DNA of 57,516 bases from Acidimicrobiia bacterium (GCA_036277635.1 DASUMP010000067.1:1-57516); one strand, 5' to 3'; positions 32,982-43,360 are shown, counted from the first letter of the stretch. Numbers and translations: made by a program. The notes: generated by a model from the letters alone, not told the origin.

Positions 32982-35900
32982 TCAGCTGCGGCTCGGCGCG
33001 AGGTCGCGAACCTCGCGCAGGCCGACCGACAGCGTCGCGAGGTCGTACACCGCGTGTCCTTCGATGTCGCGCAGCGTGGCGAGCGCGCGCTCGATGCCGG
33101 AAGCGTGGACCTTCGCCCAGTCCTCGAACGCGCGGGCCGGGTCGTGTCCGGACGGCGCCGATGCGAGGGCTGCGGCGACGAGCTCCTGGTGGACCGCGTA
33201 CGTGTCCTCGCGCAGCGCGAGTCGCGCGAGTGCCGCCCAACGGTCGTCGCGCGGGAGCTCGACGATCCGGTCGCGCAGCCAGTCGAGTCGGAGGCGATCT
33301 CCGACAAGTGTGTGGAGCGCCGCGATGTCCTCGACGTCGTCGCGCCGCTGGTCGGCGAGGTCGACGATGTGCAGCGCGGTGTACGACGACTCGAGCAGCG
33401 CGATGCGCGTCGCCAGCGCGCGCGGGACGCCGCGCGCGGCAAGATCGGCGGCCGCGGTGTCGAGCCACTCTCGCTCGGTGCCTCGGAGCAGCTCGGGGAG
33501 CACGGCGACCACGCGCGCGACCCGGTTCCGGAACCGCTCCACCGTCGAGGCGATCGGAAGCGGCTGCGCGCGATGGTGGAGGAACCATCGTGTGGCCCGC
33601 TCCATCAACTTCCGACTCTCCAAGTACATCTCGGTCTGGGTCGCCACTGCGACGATCCCGTCGAGTCCTTCGATCTCGCGCCACAGCTCGTCCTGGTCGA
33701 AGACGGCCCGCGCGACGTGGTGGGCGCGGACGATCGCGTCGGGCGACGCGCCGGTCTCTTCGGCGAGGCGGAACACCACGCTGATACCAGCTCGATTGAC
33801 GATGCCGTTCGCGAGCCCGTTCACGACGATGTCGCGCCGTAGCGGATGCGTGTCGATCCCGTTCCGGCACCTCGCGCGCACCGCGTGCGGGAAGTAGCGC
33901 GCGAGTTCGTCGTCGAGGTCGGCGTCGTCGGGGAGATCGGTGCCGAGGAGCTGGAGGATGAGATCGATCTTCGCGTGCGCCATGAGCACGGCGAGCTCTG
34001 GGACGCTGAGGCCCGCGCCGGCGCTGCGGCGTTCGGCGAGGCCCTTGTCGTCGGGCAACAGCTCGAGGGTCCGATCGAGCTGTCGGCGACGCTCGAGATC
34101 CCGGATGAGTCGGGCATGGACGTCGATCATGTCGGCGGATTGTGTGCGGGCCGTCGTGAGCGCGCGGTTCTGTCGGTAGTTGTCGCGCAGGACGAGCGCG
34201 ACGACCTCGTCGGTGATCTCGACGAGGAGATCGTTGCGAGCCTCGGGCGCGAGGGCGCCGTCGCGAACGGTTCGGTCGAGGGCGATCTTGATGTTCACCT
34301 CGTGATCGGACAGGTCGACGCCCGCAGAGTTGTCGATCGCGTCGGTGTTGATACGTCCACCGCCGCGCGCGAACTCGACGCGCGCGAGTTGACTCAGGCC
34401 GAGGTTCCCGCCCTCGGCGACGACGCGGCAACGCAGCTCCGATGCGTCGACGCGCAGCACATCGTTCCCCTTGTCGCCGACGTCGATGTGACGCTCGGTC
34501 GACGCCTTGACGAACGTGCCGATCCCGCCGTTCCAGAGGAGGTCCACGGGCGCTCGGAGGATGGCGCGGATCAGATCGGCGGGCGTCATCTCCGCGATCG
34601 GTTCGGCGATCGCCAGCCGGGCGCGGACCTCGGGCGTCAGTGCGATGGCCTTGACCCGTCGATCGAAGACCCCTCCGCCCTTCGAGATTGCCGAACGGTC
34701 GTAGTCGTCCCAGCTCGACGTCGAGAGCGCGAACAGACGAGACCGTTCGGCGAACGAACGCGCGGGGTCGGGATCCGGATCGAGGAACACGTGGCGGTGG
34801 TCGAACGCGGCAACGAGCCGGAGGTGCGGCGAGAGCAGCATCCCGTTGCCGAACACGTCACCGGACATGTCGCCGATGCCCACCACGCTCAGCTCGGCGC
34901 GATCCGCGTCGACGCCGAGCGCGCGGAAATGGTGACGCACCGACTCCCACGCGCCACGCGCGGTGATCCCCAGCTCCTTGTGGTCGTACCCGTCGGAACC
35001 CCCCGACGCGAACCCGTCTCCCAACCAGAAGCCGCGAGCTCGAGCGACGTCGTTCGCGACGTCGGAGAAGGAAGCGGTCCCCTTGTCGGCCGCGACGACG
35101 AGGTACGGGTCGTCGTCGTCGTGACGGACGACGCCGGAAGGGCCGACGACTGCGCCGTCGACGATGTTGTCGGTGAGGTCCAACAGCGCCGCGATGAACG
35201 ATCGGTAGGCCGCGGTCACGTCGTCGCGGGTCGGCTGCGGCCGGCGCACCACGAACCCGCCCTTGGCGCCGACGGGGACGATGACGGTGTTCTTCACCAT
35301 CTGCGCCTTCATGAGCCCGAGCACTTCCGTGCGGAAGTCCTCGGTGCGGTCGGACCAGCGGATGCCGCCGCGCGCGACGCGCCCGCCGCGCACGTGCACG
35401 CCCTCCATGCGTGGCGACGACACGAAGATCTCGAACATCGGGCGGGGCGTGGGCATACCCGGCACCCGCTCGGGAAGGATCTTGCACGCGAAGGCGCGTT
35501 CGGGTTCGGCGTCGACCGGCAGGAACCAGTTGGTGCGCACGGTCGCGCCGATCACGTCGAGCAGTGCTCGCAAGATCCGGTCGTGATCGAGGTTCGCCAC
35601 CTCGTCGATCTCCGTGGCGATCGTGTCCTCGAGCGCGGTCGTGTCCCGCGACTCGGGGTGGGGACCGCGCGGATCGAACCGGGCGACGAACAGCTCGATG
35701 AGTTGACGGACGATGCCGGCATGAGCCGCCAGCGCCTCTTCGACGTAGGGCTGTCCGTACAGCGCACGGACCTGCCGGAGGTAGCGGCTGTACGAGCGGA
35801 TGACGGCGACCTCGCGCCACGACAGACCCGCGAGGAGGACGAGCCGGTTGAACCCGTCGTCGTCGGCGGCCCCCGCGCTGACCGCGAGGAACGTCTCCTC

Positions 35901-37778
35901 GAACGCGCGTCGGAGGGGTTCGGTGCGCGCGTTCGCATCGGGGATCCGCAGACCGAGGCGCTTGAGCCAGACCTCGCCGAGGCCGGGTGCTCGCACGGTG
36001 AACGGGTACTCGTCGACGACCGTGACGCCCAGGTTGACGAGGACCGGGAGGACGTCGGAGAGAGTCGGCGCGGTGCCTCGCCCGCAGATCGTCAAGAGCA
36101 GGCCGTCGCCAGCCGACTCGTCGAGGCGTGCCGCGATCGGTGCGCCGGCCACGAGTTGTTCGATGAGGCGGATGTCGGCGACCGCGTCGCGCGCAGGAAC
36201 CGACTCGCTGTAGGTGACCGAGAACGCGTCGCTCCAGTCGCGCAGCACCCCGAGGCCCGCCTCTTCGCCGTGCGCGAGCACCAGCGCATCGCGCAGCTCG
36301 TCGACGAAGCCGCGCGCCGCGACAGCGATCGCGGCTTCGAGTGCCTCGACGTCGACGTCGTGCCGGTCGCGTGGATCGGTGTGCAGTGTGAGCTGGTAGC
36401 GAGCGAGCGCGGACTCCGTCACCATCGCGGACCACTCGGAACCGAGTGCCCCGAACGCGTCGGAGAGCAGACGCTCGATGCGACGCCGCAGCGCGGTCGT
36501 GTAGCGATCGCGCGGCACGTACACGAGACACGTGACGAACCGGTCGTACGGGTCACGCCGCACGAACAAGCGGACGCGTCGGCGCTCCTGTAGTCGGAGG
36601 ATGCCCATCGAGATGTCGAAGAGCTCGTCGGTGGACATCTGGAACAGCTCGTCGCGCGGGTACGCGTCGAGGGTGGCGATCAAGCGACGCTCGTCGTGGC
36701 TGTCGGGGAGGAACCCGGCGCGGGCGAGCACGTCGGCGACCTTCTGGCGCAACATCGGGATCTCCGCGGGGCGCTCGCTGTACACCGACGCGGTGAAGAG
36801 TCCGAGGAACCGGTGTTCGCCGATCACGTCGCCGCCCGGCCCGAAGCGCTTGACGCCGAAGTAGTCGAGATGCGTCCGGCGATGCACCGTCGACCGGGCG
36901 TTCGCTTTCGTGATCACGAACAAGGAGCGTTCCTGGGCGAGCGCCCGAGTCGCCGGGGGGAGGCTCGCGAAGCTGCGTGCCCGCGGCGGCGCGTCGCGCA
37001 GGATCCCGAGGCCGGTGTCGTCGACGGAGCGCAGGACCAGCTCGCCGCCGTGTTCGACGAGGTCGTAGTCGCGAGCGCCGAGGAACACGAAGTGGTCATC
37101 GACCATCCATCGCAGCAGTGCGGCGCCCTCGTCGACGTCGCGTCGTGGAAGCGGGGGAGGATCGGTGGCCCACTGCTGCGCGATCGCGCGCATGTGATCG
37201 GCCATCGCCGCCCAGTCGCGGTTCGCAGCACGTACGTCGCCGAGCACCCGCACCAGGTCGGTGCGAAGTGCAGCCAGCGCGGCGGTGTCGGTCTCCCGAT
37301 CGATCTCGGCGAGCACGAACGACTCGACCGGGGCGTCGGAACCGTCGGCGTCGCCGAGCCCTGCGACACGGCCGTCGGGATCGCGAGGGATCGCCATCTG
37401 CGGATGGAGCACCAAGTGCACGCCGAACCCGTGGCGATCGATCTCCATCGTGATCGACTCGACGACGAAGGGCATGTCCTCGCTCGCGACGAGCACGATC
37501 GTGTGCACCGATTCGAAGCCGTCGTGGAGCCGGTCGGGAGTGAACACCTCGACCGCGACGCTGCCGGGAGCGCGCGTCCGGGCGAGCTTCCACAGCACGA
37601 GCGCGACCGAAGCAAGGTATGCCGGCTCGCGCTGGGTGAGATCGTCGTAGGTGACCTGGCCGAGGCCTCGCCGCACGAGCTCGCCGACGGCCGCCGCGTC
37701 GGCCGGGTCGCTCGCAGCTTCGGCGCGCGACGCAACATCATCGATGAGCGCAGCACGTGTGCCATCGGCGCTGGGCAC
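32982..37778 (-). CDS. gdh: Large NAD-specific glutamate dehydrogenase (about 1600 aa, GDH L_180 class)
   Basis: Roughly 1600-aa ORF. The catalytic region has VPVGAKGGFV, AADKGTASFSD, GITARGAWESV and IGDMSGDVFGNGML. Start set at the GTG at 37778, because the track start (38108) would overlap hisN on the other strand. The start is uncertain. Confidence 0.85.
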   Translation of the reverse strand: MPSADGTRAALIDDVASRAEAASDPADAAAVGELVRRGLGQVTYDDLTQREPAYLASVALVLWKLARTRAPGSVAVEVFTPDRLHDGFESVHTIVLVASEDMPFVVESITMEIDRHGFGVHLVLHPQMAIPRDPDGRVAGLGDADGSDAPVESFVLAEIDRETDTAALAALRTDLVRVLGDVRAANRDWAAMADHMRAIAQQWATDPPPLPRRDVDEGAALLRWMVDDHFVFLGARDYDLVEHGGELVLRSVDDTGLGILRDAPPRARSFASLPPATRALAQERSLFVITKANARSTVHRRTHLDYFGVKRFGPGGDVIGEHRFLGLFTASVYSERPAEIPMLRQKVADVLARAGFLPDSHDERRLIATLDAYPRDELFQMSTDELFDISMGILRLQERRRVRLFVRRDPYDRFVTCLVYVPRDRYTTALRRRIERLLSDAFGALGSEWSAMVTESALARYQLTLHTDPRDRHDVDVEALEAAIAVAARGFVDELRDALVLAHGEEAGLGVLRDWSDAFSVTYSESVPARDAVADIRLIEQLVAGAPIAARLDESAGDGLLLTICGRGTAPTLSDVLPVLVNLGVTVVDEYPFTVRAPGLGEVWLKRLGLRIPDANARTEPLRRAFEETFLAVSAGAADDDGFNRLVLLAGLSWREVAVIRSYSRYLRQVRALYGQPYVEEALAAHAGIVRQLIELFVARFDPRGPHPESRDTTALEDTIATEIDEVANLDHDRILRALLDVIGATVRTNWFLPVDAEPERAFACKILPERVPGMPTPRPMFEIFVSSPRMEGVHVRGGRVARGGIRWSDRTEDFRTEVLGLMKAQMVKNTVIVPVGAKGGFVVRRPQPTRDDVTAAYRSFIAALLDLTDNIVDGAVVGPSGVVRHDDDDPYLVVAADKGTASFSDVANDVARARGFWLGDGFASGGSDGYDHKELGITARGAWESVRHHFRALGVDADRAELSVVGIGDMSGDVFGNGMLLSPHLRLVAAFDHRHVFLDPDPDPARSFAERSRLFALSTSSWDDYDRSAISKGGGVFDRRVKAIALTPEVRARLAIAEPIAEMTPADLIRAILRAPVDLLWNGGIGTFVKASTERHIDVGDKGNDVLRVDASELRCRVVAEGGNLGLSQLARVEFARGGGRINTDAIDNSAGVDLSDHEVNIKIALDRTVRDGALAPEARNDLLVEITDEVVALVLRDNYRQNRALTTARTQSADMIDVHARLIRDLERRRQLDRTLELLPDDKGLAERRSAGAGLSVPELAVLMAHAKIDLILQLLGTDLPDDADLDDELARYFPHAVRARCRNGIDTHPLRRDIVVNGLANGIVNRAGISVVFRLAEETGASPDAIVRAHHVARAVFDQDELWREIEGLDGIVAVATQTEMYLESRKLMERATRWFLHHRAQPLPIASTVERFRNRVARVVAVLPELLRGTEREWLDTAAADLAARGVPRALATRIALLESSYTALHIVDLADQRRDDVEDIAALHTLVGDRLRLDWLRDRIVELPRDDRWAALARLALREDTYAVHQELVAAALASAPSGHDPARAFEDWAKVHASGIERALATLRDIEGHAVYDLATLSVGLREVRDLAPSRS

Positions 37779-37826
37779 GCGCTGACAGTACCCCGCCGAT
37801 CGGCACGCGACTCCGGACCCTCCTCG

Positions 37827-37832
37827 TAGGCT
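37827..37832 (+). promoter_or_regulatory. -10-like TAGGCT box for leaderless hisN
   Basis: TAGGCT lies 7 nt upstream of the GTG at 37840. It is embedded in the 13-mer CGTAGGCTGCGCG, which is also found at 8629-8641. Confidence 0.4.
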
Positions 37833-37839
37833 GCGCGAC

Positions 37840-38616
37840 GTGGACATCGCCGAACACCTCGAACTCGCGCTGTCACTGGCCGACACGGCCGACGCGTTGA
37901 CGATGGAACGGTTCCGATCGATCGACCTGCGCGTCGACACGAAGCCCGATCGCACTCCGGTCACCGAGGCCGACCACGCGGTCGAGCGCGCGGTGCGACT
38001 CCGGCTGACCGAGCACGTCCAGGAGTACGCGGTGGTGGGTGAGGAGTTCGGCGTGGAAGGCGACGACGACTCCGAATTCCGATGGATCATTGACCCGATC
38101 GACGGCACGAAGGGCTACTTGCGCGGGTTGCCCGTGTGGGCGACGTTGCTCGCGCTCGAGCACCGAGGCCAGCTCGTCGTCGGCGTCGTGTCGGCACCCG
38201 CGCTCGGCGCTCGGTGGTGGGCCGCGCGCGGTCAGGGCGCCCACCGGAACGGCGAGCCCATCGGTGTGTCCGCAGTGCACGAGCTCGCCGACGCCCACTT
38301 GTCGTTCGCATGGGACACCGATGCGAGCTTCGAGCGCGACGGCCTCGACCAGCGTTTGCTCGCACTGGGCCGTCGGTGCTGGCGCGTGCGGTCCTTCGGC
38401 GACTTCTGGCACCACATGCTCGTCGCCGAAGGCGCGATCGACATCTCGGTCGACCCCGCGGCGGCATGGTGGGACCTGGCCGCGATCGCCGTGATCGTCG
38501 AGGAGGCCGGCGGACGCGCGACCGACCTCGACGGTGTCGCGCGCGCCGACGGCGGCAACATCGTCTGCACGAACGGGCGCCTCCACGATTCGGTGCTCGA
38601 CGTGCTGACGGCCTGA
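37840..38616 (+). CDS. hisN: Histidinol-phosphatase, inositol-monophosphatase family (HisN)
   Basis: 258 aa. Contains KPDRTPVTEADHAVE, WIIDPIDGTKGYLRG and WWDLAA, matching the IMPase-fold HisN pattern of actinobacteria. Confidence 0.8.
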   Translation: MDIAEHLELALSLADTADALTMERFRSIDLRVDTKPDRTPVTEADHAVERAVRLRLTEHVQEYAVVGEEFGVEGDDDSEFRWIIDPIDGTKGYLRGLPVWATLLALEHRGQLVVGVVSAPALGARWWAARGQGAHRNGEPIGVSAVHELADAHLSFAWDTDASFERDGLDQRLLALGRRCWRVRSFGDFWHHMLVAEGAIDISVDPAAAWWDLAAIAVIVEEAGGRATDLDGVARADGGNIVCTNGRLHDSVLDVLTA

Positions 38617-38672
38617 CCGACACTCGATCCGGCCGAGTCGCCGGGTTCGCGCCTCGCCTAGATTCGGTGTCC

Positions 38673-40010
38673 ATGGCGAAGCCCGAAGTCACCGTGGGGA
38701 TCGACGTCGGGACCTCGTCGGTGAAGGCGGTCGCGGCCGATGCAGACGGCAACGTCGTTGCGCGCACTCGGATCGGACACGGCTTCGCGGTTCCTTCGCC
38801 GATGCGCTTCGAGCACGACGCGCGCGTCGCATGGCTCGACGGGCCGCGCGCCGCGTTCCGAGAGCTGCGCGAGCTGGCACCGCGCGCGGTGTCGGTCGCC
38901 GCGATGGTGCCGTCGTTGTGCGCGGTCGACGTCGACGGTGTCCCGTGCACGCCCGGGCTCCTCTACGGCGACGAGCGGGGCGACACCGGTTCGACCGGTA
39001 GCCCGGCCGAGAGCGGTGAGCTCGCCGCGTTCCTCGGGTGGATCGCGCACGAGGCACCCGCGGCCCGGGGTTACTGGCCCGCGCAAGCCGTCGCCAACTT
39101 CGGGCTGTGCGGCGACGGCGTGATCTCGACGACGACGGCCGCCACGGCGACGCCGTTGTTCGATTGGACCGGCTGGGACGCCGCGCTCGTGGCCCGGGCC
39201 GGCGCGCGAGTCGAACAGATGCCGCGCATCGAGGTCTCCGGTCGCGCCGTCGGCGACGTCGTCGACGTCCCGGGCTGCGTCCTCGAGGCGGGCACGATCG
39301 ACGCGCTCGGCGAGCAGGTGGTCGCGGGCGCTGATCGCGACGGCGATGTCCTCGTGATCTGTGGGACGACGCTGATCGTGTGGATCGTCGTCTCGGAGCC
39401 TCGCGAGGTCCCGGGCTGCTTCACGGTTCCTCACACGGTCGCCGGGAAATTCCTCGTCGGCGGGCCGAGCAACGCGGGCGGGCTCTTCCTCGACTGGGTG
39501 CGGCGTCTGGTCGAACCCGGAACCGACCCCGACATCGGATCCGACACCGCCCATCCCGACGCGGTGCCGATCTGGCTCCCCTATCCGCGCGGGGAGCGCG
39601 TTCCCTTGCACGATCGCGCGCGTCGGGCGGTGCTGTTGGATCTCGACCTCACCCACGACGCGGCGGCCGTGCGACGCGGGGCCTATGAGGCAGCCGGGTT
39701 CGTCGTGCGCCGGATGGTCGACGCGGCCGGCGTGACACCCCAGCGCGTGATCGCGACCGGCGGCGGGACGCGCGACGAACGTTGGATCCAGGCGCTCGCC
39801 GACACGACCGGCATCTCGGTCGACGTCGCCGCCGTGGTCGAAGGCGGCGCGCTCGGCGCCGCCTTCCTCGCGCGACTCGCCGCCGGTCTCGAAACGAACC
39901 TCGCCGACGGTGCCCGATGGGCGCGCCGCGACCGCACCGTCGATCCCCGACACGCGTGGATCGAACCCACTGCTGCGCGGTACGCACGGTTCTCGGAGCT
40001 CGGGCGCTAG
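38673..40010 (+). CDS. FGGY-family carbohydrate kinase
   Basis: Internal start MAKPEVTVGIDVGTSSVKAV. Also has GGPSNAGGLFLDW and ATGGGTRDERW. Confidence 0.8.
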   Translation: MAKPEVTVGIDVGTSSVKAVAADADGNVVARTRIGHGFAVPSPMRFEHDARVAWLDGPRAAFRELRELAPRAVSVAAMVPSLCAVDVDGVPCTPGLLYGDERGDTGSTGSPAESGELAAFLGWIAHEAPAARGYWPAQAVANFGLCGDGVISTTTAATATPLFDWTGWDAALVARAGARVEQMPRIEVSGRAVGDVVDVPGCVLEAGTIDALGEQVVAGADRDGDVLVICGTTLIVWIVVSEPREVPGCFTVPHTVAGKFLVGGPSNAGGLFLDWVRRLVEPGTDPDIGSDTAHPDAVPIWLPYPRGERVPLHDRARRAVLLDLDLTHDAAAVRRGAYEAAGFVVRRMVDAAGVTPQRVIATGGGTRDERWIQALADTTGISVDVAAVVEGGALGAAFLARLAAGLETNLADGARWARRDRTVDPRHAWIEPTAARYARFSELGR

Positions 40011-40036
40011 GTTCGCAGCCCGACAGGAGGGGCATC

Positions 40037-40246
40037 GTGGCACTCGACATCCGCATCGATCGCGAGCTGTGCATGGGCTCGGGCAACTGCTCGTTCTGGG
40101 CACCCGGGGTCTTCGACCTCGACGACGAGGGGGTCGCGGTGCTCATCGACACGACCGCCCAGCCCGACGACAAGATCGTGCTCGCGGCCCAGGGTTGCCC
40201 CACCCAGGCCATCGCCGTCTTCCGCGACGGCGACAAGCTCGTCTGA
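40037..40246 (+). CDS. Small [3Fe-4S]/[4Fe-4S] ferredoxin (P450-partner type)
   Basis: 69 aa with a GTG start after AGGAGG. Contains CMGSGNC...CP, as in actinobacterial Fdx proteins. Confidence 0.8.
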   Translation: MALDIRIDRELCMGSGNCSFWAPGVFDLDDEGVAVLIDTTAQPDDKIVLAAQGCPTQAIAVFRDGDKLV

Positions 40247-40249
40247 GCG

Positions 40250-42424
40250 ATGGCGATCGGGATCACCGAAGACCACGATGCGCTGCGCGCCGTCGTGCAG
40301 CGCTTCGTCGAGCGCGAGGTAGGGACTACTGCTCGCCGTGCTGCGCTCGATGCCGAAGCTGACTCCCTCCCGCCGTTCTGGGACGCGTTGCGGGCGCTGG
40401 GCTGGATCGGCCTCCACCTCGACGAGCGCGTCGGCGGCGCGGGGGCGACACTGGTCGAACAAGCGGTCGTGCTCGAAGAGCTGGGGCGTGCGTGCACGCC
40501 GGGTCCCTACGCGACGACCGTGCTGGCGGGCGCCGTGCTGGCCGAGCTCGGCGCACCCGACGGCATCCTGTCGGCCATCGCGAGCGGCGCGCAGATCGGT
40601 GCGGTCGCGTTGCACGGCGCGCTCGACGCCGAGCCCGACGGCGGCGCGCTGCGCGTGAGCGGCACGCTGCGGCCCGTGATCGGCGCGCATCTCGCCGACG
40701 TGCTCGTCGTCCCCGTGACGTGCGACGGCGAGGTCGAGTGGTGCGCGCTCGACGCGCGCGAGGTCGCCATCGACGCGCTCGCGAGTGTCGACCCCACGCG
40801 ACGAGCGGCGCAGGTGCGCGCCGACGGTGTCGACGTGCCGACGGCTCGTCGACTCGGCCCGCTGACGCGATCCCGCGTGCACGACCTCGCGATCGTGCTC
40901 GCCGCGGCCGAGGCTGCTGGCGTCGCCCAGTGGTGTGTCGAGACCGCGGCGAGCTACGCCGCCGACCGGGTGCAGTTCGGTCGGCCGATCGGCCAGTTCC
41001 AGGGCGTGAAGCACCGCTGTGCCGACATGTTGTGTCGCGCCGAGCTCGCGCGCGCTGCCGCGTGGGACGCGGCGCGAGCCGAGACGGATCGCGACAATGG
41101 CGCCGCACTCGCGAACGCGACCGCTGGCGCGCTCGCGTTCGAAGCCGCGTTCCAGAACGCGAAGGACTGCATCCAGACGCTGGGTGGGGTCGGCTTCACG
41201 TGGGAGCACGACGCGCACCTGTACCTGAGACGCGCGATGGCGCTCCATCAGATGATCGCATCACCTCACGCGAGCCGCGTGCGGGCGGCGAACGCGGCGC
41301 GTACCGGCGAGCGCCGTCGACTCGCCGTCGACCTGCCCGACGAAGCAGAACGGCGACGCGCCGAGGTCCGGGAGTTCCTCGCCGAGATCGAACCCCTCGA
41401 CGCTCGCGAGCGACGGATCCGGCTCGCCGACGACGGCTACCTCACGCCGGCGTGGCCCCGTCCCTGGGGTCGAGACGCCGACGCGCTCGAGCTGCTCGTG
41501 ATCGAGGAAGAGTTCCGCGCCGCCAAGGTCGCGCGACCGTCGATCATGGTCGGAGCGTGGGCGCTCCCGAATCTCATCGTGTACGGGACGCAGCAGCAGC
41601 AAGACCGGTGGATCGCGCCGACGCTGCGCGGAGAGATCACGTGGTGTCAGTTGTTCAGCGAGCCCGGCGCCGGTTCGGATCTCGCCGCGCTCGCGACGCG
41701 GGCGACGCGCGTCGAAGGCGGCTGGCTCCTCACCGGCCAGAAGGTGTGGACGTCGATGGCGCACCAAGCCGATTGGGGGATCTGCCTCGCCCGGAGCGAC
41801 CCCGACGCGCCCAAGCACGACGGCATCTCGTGCTTCATGGTCGACATGCGCTCACCCGGGATCGAGGTCCGACCGCTCCGCGAGCTCACCGGTCAGGCGA
41901 TGTTCAACGAGGTGTTCCTCGACGACGTGTTCGTGCCCGAGGACTGCCTGGTCGGCGACGAGCACGACGGATGGCGATGCGCGCGCACCACGCTCGCCAA
42001 CGAGCGGGTCTACATGGGTGGGAGCAACACGATCGGCGGCGGCGTGGTCGGTGTGCTGCGCCTCGTCGAGCAGCGTCAGCTCGACGACGATACGCATGTC
42101 CTCGACGAGGTGGGAGGTCTCGTCGTCACCGCGCACGCGCTGGCCGTGCTCGGGTTCCGGCTCACGGTGCGATCGTTGCGCGGCACCGACCCGTCGGGCT
42201 CCGAGGCGTCGGTGCGCAAGCTGCTCGGCGTCCAGCACGACCAGCGCGTGCAAGAGGTCGGGATGACGCTGCTCGGACCCGACGCCGTTGCCGACGACGG
42301 CGATGCCGCGGCGTGGATCGGCGCGTTCCTCTTCAATCGGTGTCTCACGATTGCCGGCGGCACGACCGACATCCAGAAGAACCTGGTCGCCGAACGACTG
42401 CTCGGATTGCCCCGCGACCCGTGA
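40250..42424 (+). CDS. Fused two-module acyl-CoA dehydrogenase (beta-like N-half + alpha-like C-half; FadE34-like architecture)
   Basis: 724 aa. The N-half has YAADRVQFGRPIGQFQGVKH and GGVGFTWEHDAHLYLRR without the terminal FAD motif. The C-half has FSEPGAGSDLAAL, LTGQKVWTS and GGTTDIQKNLVAERLLGLPRDP. Confidence 0.8.
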   Translation: MAIGITEDHDALRAVVQRFVEREVGTTARRAALDAEADSLPPFWDALRALGWIGLHLDERVGGAGATLVEQAVVLEELGRACTPGPYATTVLAGAVLAELGAPDGILSAIASGAQIGAVALHGALDAEPDGGALRVSGTLRPVIGAHLADVLVVPVTCDGEVEWCALDAREVAIDALASVDPTRRAAQVRADGVDVPTARRLGPLTRSRVHDLAIVLAAAEAAGVAQWCVETAASYAADRVQFGRPIGQFQGVKHRCADMLCRAELARAAAWDAARAETDRDNGAALANATAGALAFEAAFQNAKDCIQTLGGVGFTWEHDAHLYLRRAMALHQMIASPHASRVRAANAARTGERRRLAVDLPDEAERRRAEVREFLAEIEPLDARERRIRLADDGYLTPAWPRPWGRDADALELLVIEEEFRAAKVARPSIMVGAWALPNLIVYGTQQQQDRWIAPTLRGEITWCQLFSEPGAGSDLAALATRATRVEGGWLLTGQKVWTSMAHQADWGICLARSDPDAPKHDGISCFMVDMRSPGIEVRPLRELTGQAMFNEVFLDDVFVPEDCLVGDEHDGWRCARTTLANERVYMGGSNTIGGGVVGVLRLVEQRQLDDDTHVLDEVGGLVVTAHALAVLGFRLTVRSLRGTDPSGSEASVRKLLGVQHDQRVQEVGMTLLGPDAVADDGDAAAWIGAFLFNRCLTIAGGTTDIQKNLVAERLLGLPRDP

Positions 42425-42445
42425 ACGCGCAGCGCATCGCGCGAG

Positions 42446-42465
42446 AGTTGACACTCGTGTCGACG
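42446..42465. promoter_or_regulatory. Weak member of the ACCTGAC-N6-GTCAGGT palindrome family (site 5)
   Basis: AGTTGAC actcgt GTCGACG, 22 nt upstream of the ATG at 42487. The spacer resembles those of sites 47427 and 52788 (nnTCGT). Confidence 0.3.
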
Positions 42466-42486
42466 ACCCGATAGCACCGCGCGTCC

Positions 42487-42888
42487 ATGCGCTTCGATCT
42501 CCCGTCGCCCGATCTGCAGGAACAGCCCTACTGGGACGCGGCGCGTGAGGAACGGCTGCTCATCCGGCGGTGCGGAGCGTGCGGCGCGCACCACTTCTAC
42601 CCGCGGCCGTTCTGCCCCACGTGTTGGAGCACCGACGTCGCCTGGGTCGACGCGACGGGTCATGCCACGCTCTACACGTACTCGATCGTGCGCAGCAACG
42701 ATCTGCCGCCGTTCCCGGATCGCGTCCCGTACGTCGCGGCGGTCGTCGAGCTGTCCGAAGGTCCGCGCCTGATGACCAACATCGACGACTGCGACCTCGA
42801 TGCCCTCGAGATCGGCATGCCGTTGGAGGTCACGTTCCGGACGATCTCCGACGACGTGACGATCCCGGTGTTCCGTCCGCGGTCGTGA
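42487..42888 (+). CDS. DUF35 zinc-ribbon/OB-fold protein
   Basis: 133 aa. Contains CGACG..(10)..CPTC followed by an OB-like segment (ATLYTYSIV..VVELSEGPRLMTNI). Confidence 0.8.
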   Translation: MRFDLPSPDLQEQPYWDAAREERLLIRRCGACGAHHFYPRPFCPTCWSTDVAWVDATGHATLYTYSIVRSNDLPPFPDRVPYVAAVVELSEGPRLMTNIDDCDLDALEIGMPLEVTFRTISDDVTIPVFRPRS

Positions 42889-42936
42889 ACGCGATAGCGG
42901 TGTCGGTGACGCGCGCTACGTTCGCCCCCGGACGCG

Positions 42937-43305
42937 GTGACCGTCGATCGGAACGAGGCGCTCGTGGTCGAACATGACTGGAACTTCCCGTTCGAAGGTC
43001 CGCTGCACGACGTGTTCCCGGCGCTGCACGATGCGCAGAGCTCGTGGCTCTCGCAGATCGACTCGTTGCACGCACCCGATCGCAAGACCCACGAGCTCAT
43101 CCGGATGGTCGTGACGGTGATGCTGCGCAACCCCGACGGCGTGCGCCGCCACGCGCAGCTCGCCGCCGAGGTCGGCGCCACGTGGGAAGAGGTGCTCGGC
43201 TCGATCATGCTCACGACCCCCGGTGGCGGGCTCCTGCCCGCGGTCGCTGCGATCCCGCATGCACGGGCCGGCTTCGAAGCCGCGGCCGAAGCGGAGTCGG
43301 ATTGA
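42937..43305 (+). CDS. Carboxymuconolactone decarboxylase (CMD)/AhpD-like family protein
   Basis: 122 aa. Helical, with LDRKTHELIRMVV-type and WEEVLGSIMLT segments resembling the CMD family. Assigned by eye only. Confidence 0.5.
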   Translation: MTVDRNEALVVEHDWNFPFEGPLHDVFPALHDAQSSWLSQIDSLHAPDRKTHELIRMVVTVMLRNPDGVRRHAQLAAEVGATWEEVLGSIMLTTPGGGLLPAVAAIPHARAGFEAAAEAESD

Positions 43306-43360
43306 GGTCAGCGATGGTGGAGTCCGCGGTGGATCTGCGCACTTCCGCTGGGAGCGTGTG

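Noticed and set aside
33846-36593. 915-aa plus-strand ORF and other long ORFs (32875..34431, 34858..36531) inside the GDH region
   Set aside because: The minus-strand frame encodes a continuous protein of about 1600 aa with glutamate dehydrogenase catalytic motifs. The others are shadow frames.
37779-38108. N-terminal 110-aa extension of the GDH ORF (track start 38108)
   Set aside because: It would overlap the hisN coding region on the opposite strand by about 270 nt, and its translation is Ser/Thr/Arg-rich. A GTG at 37778 gives a protein of the expected size, about 1600 aa. The exact start remains uncertain.
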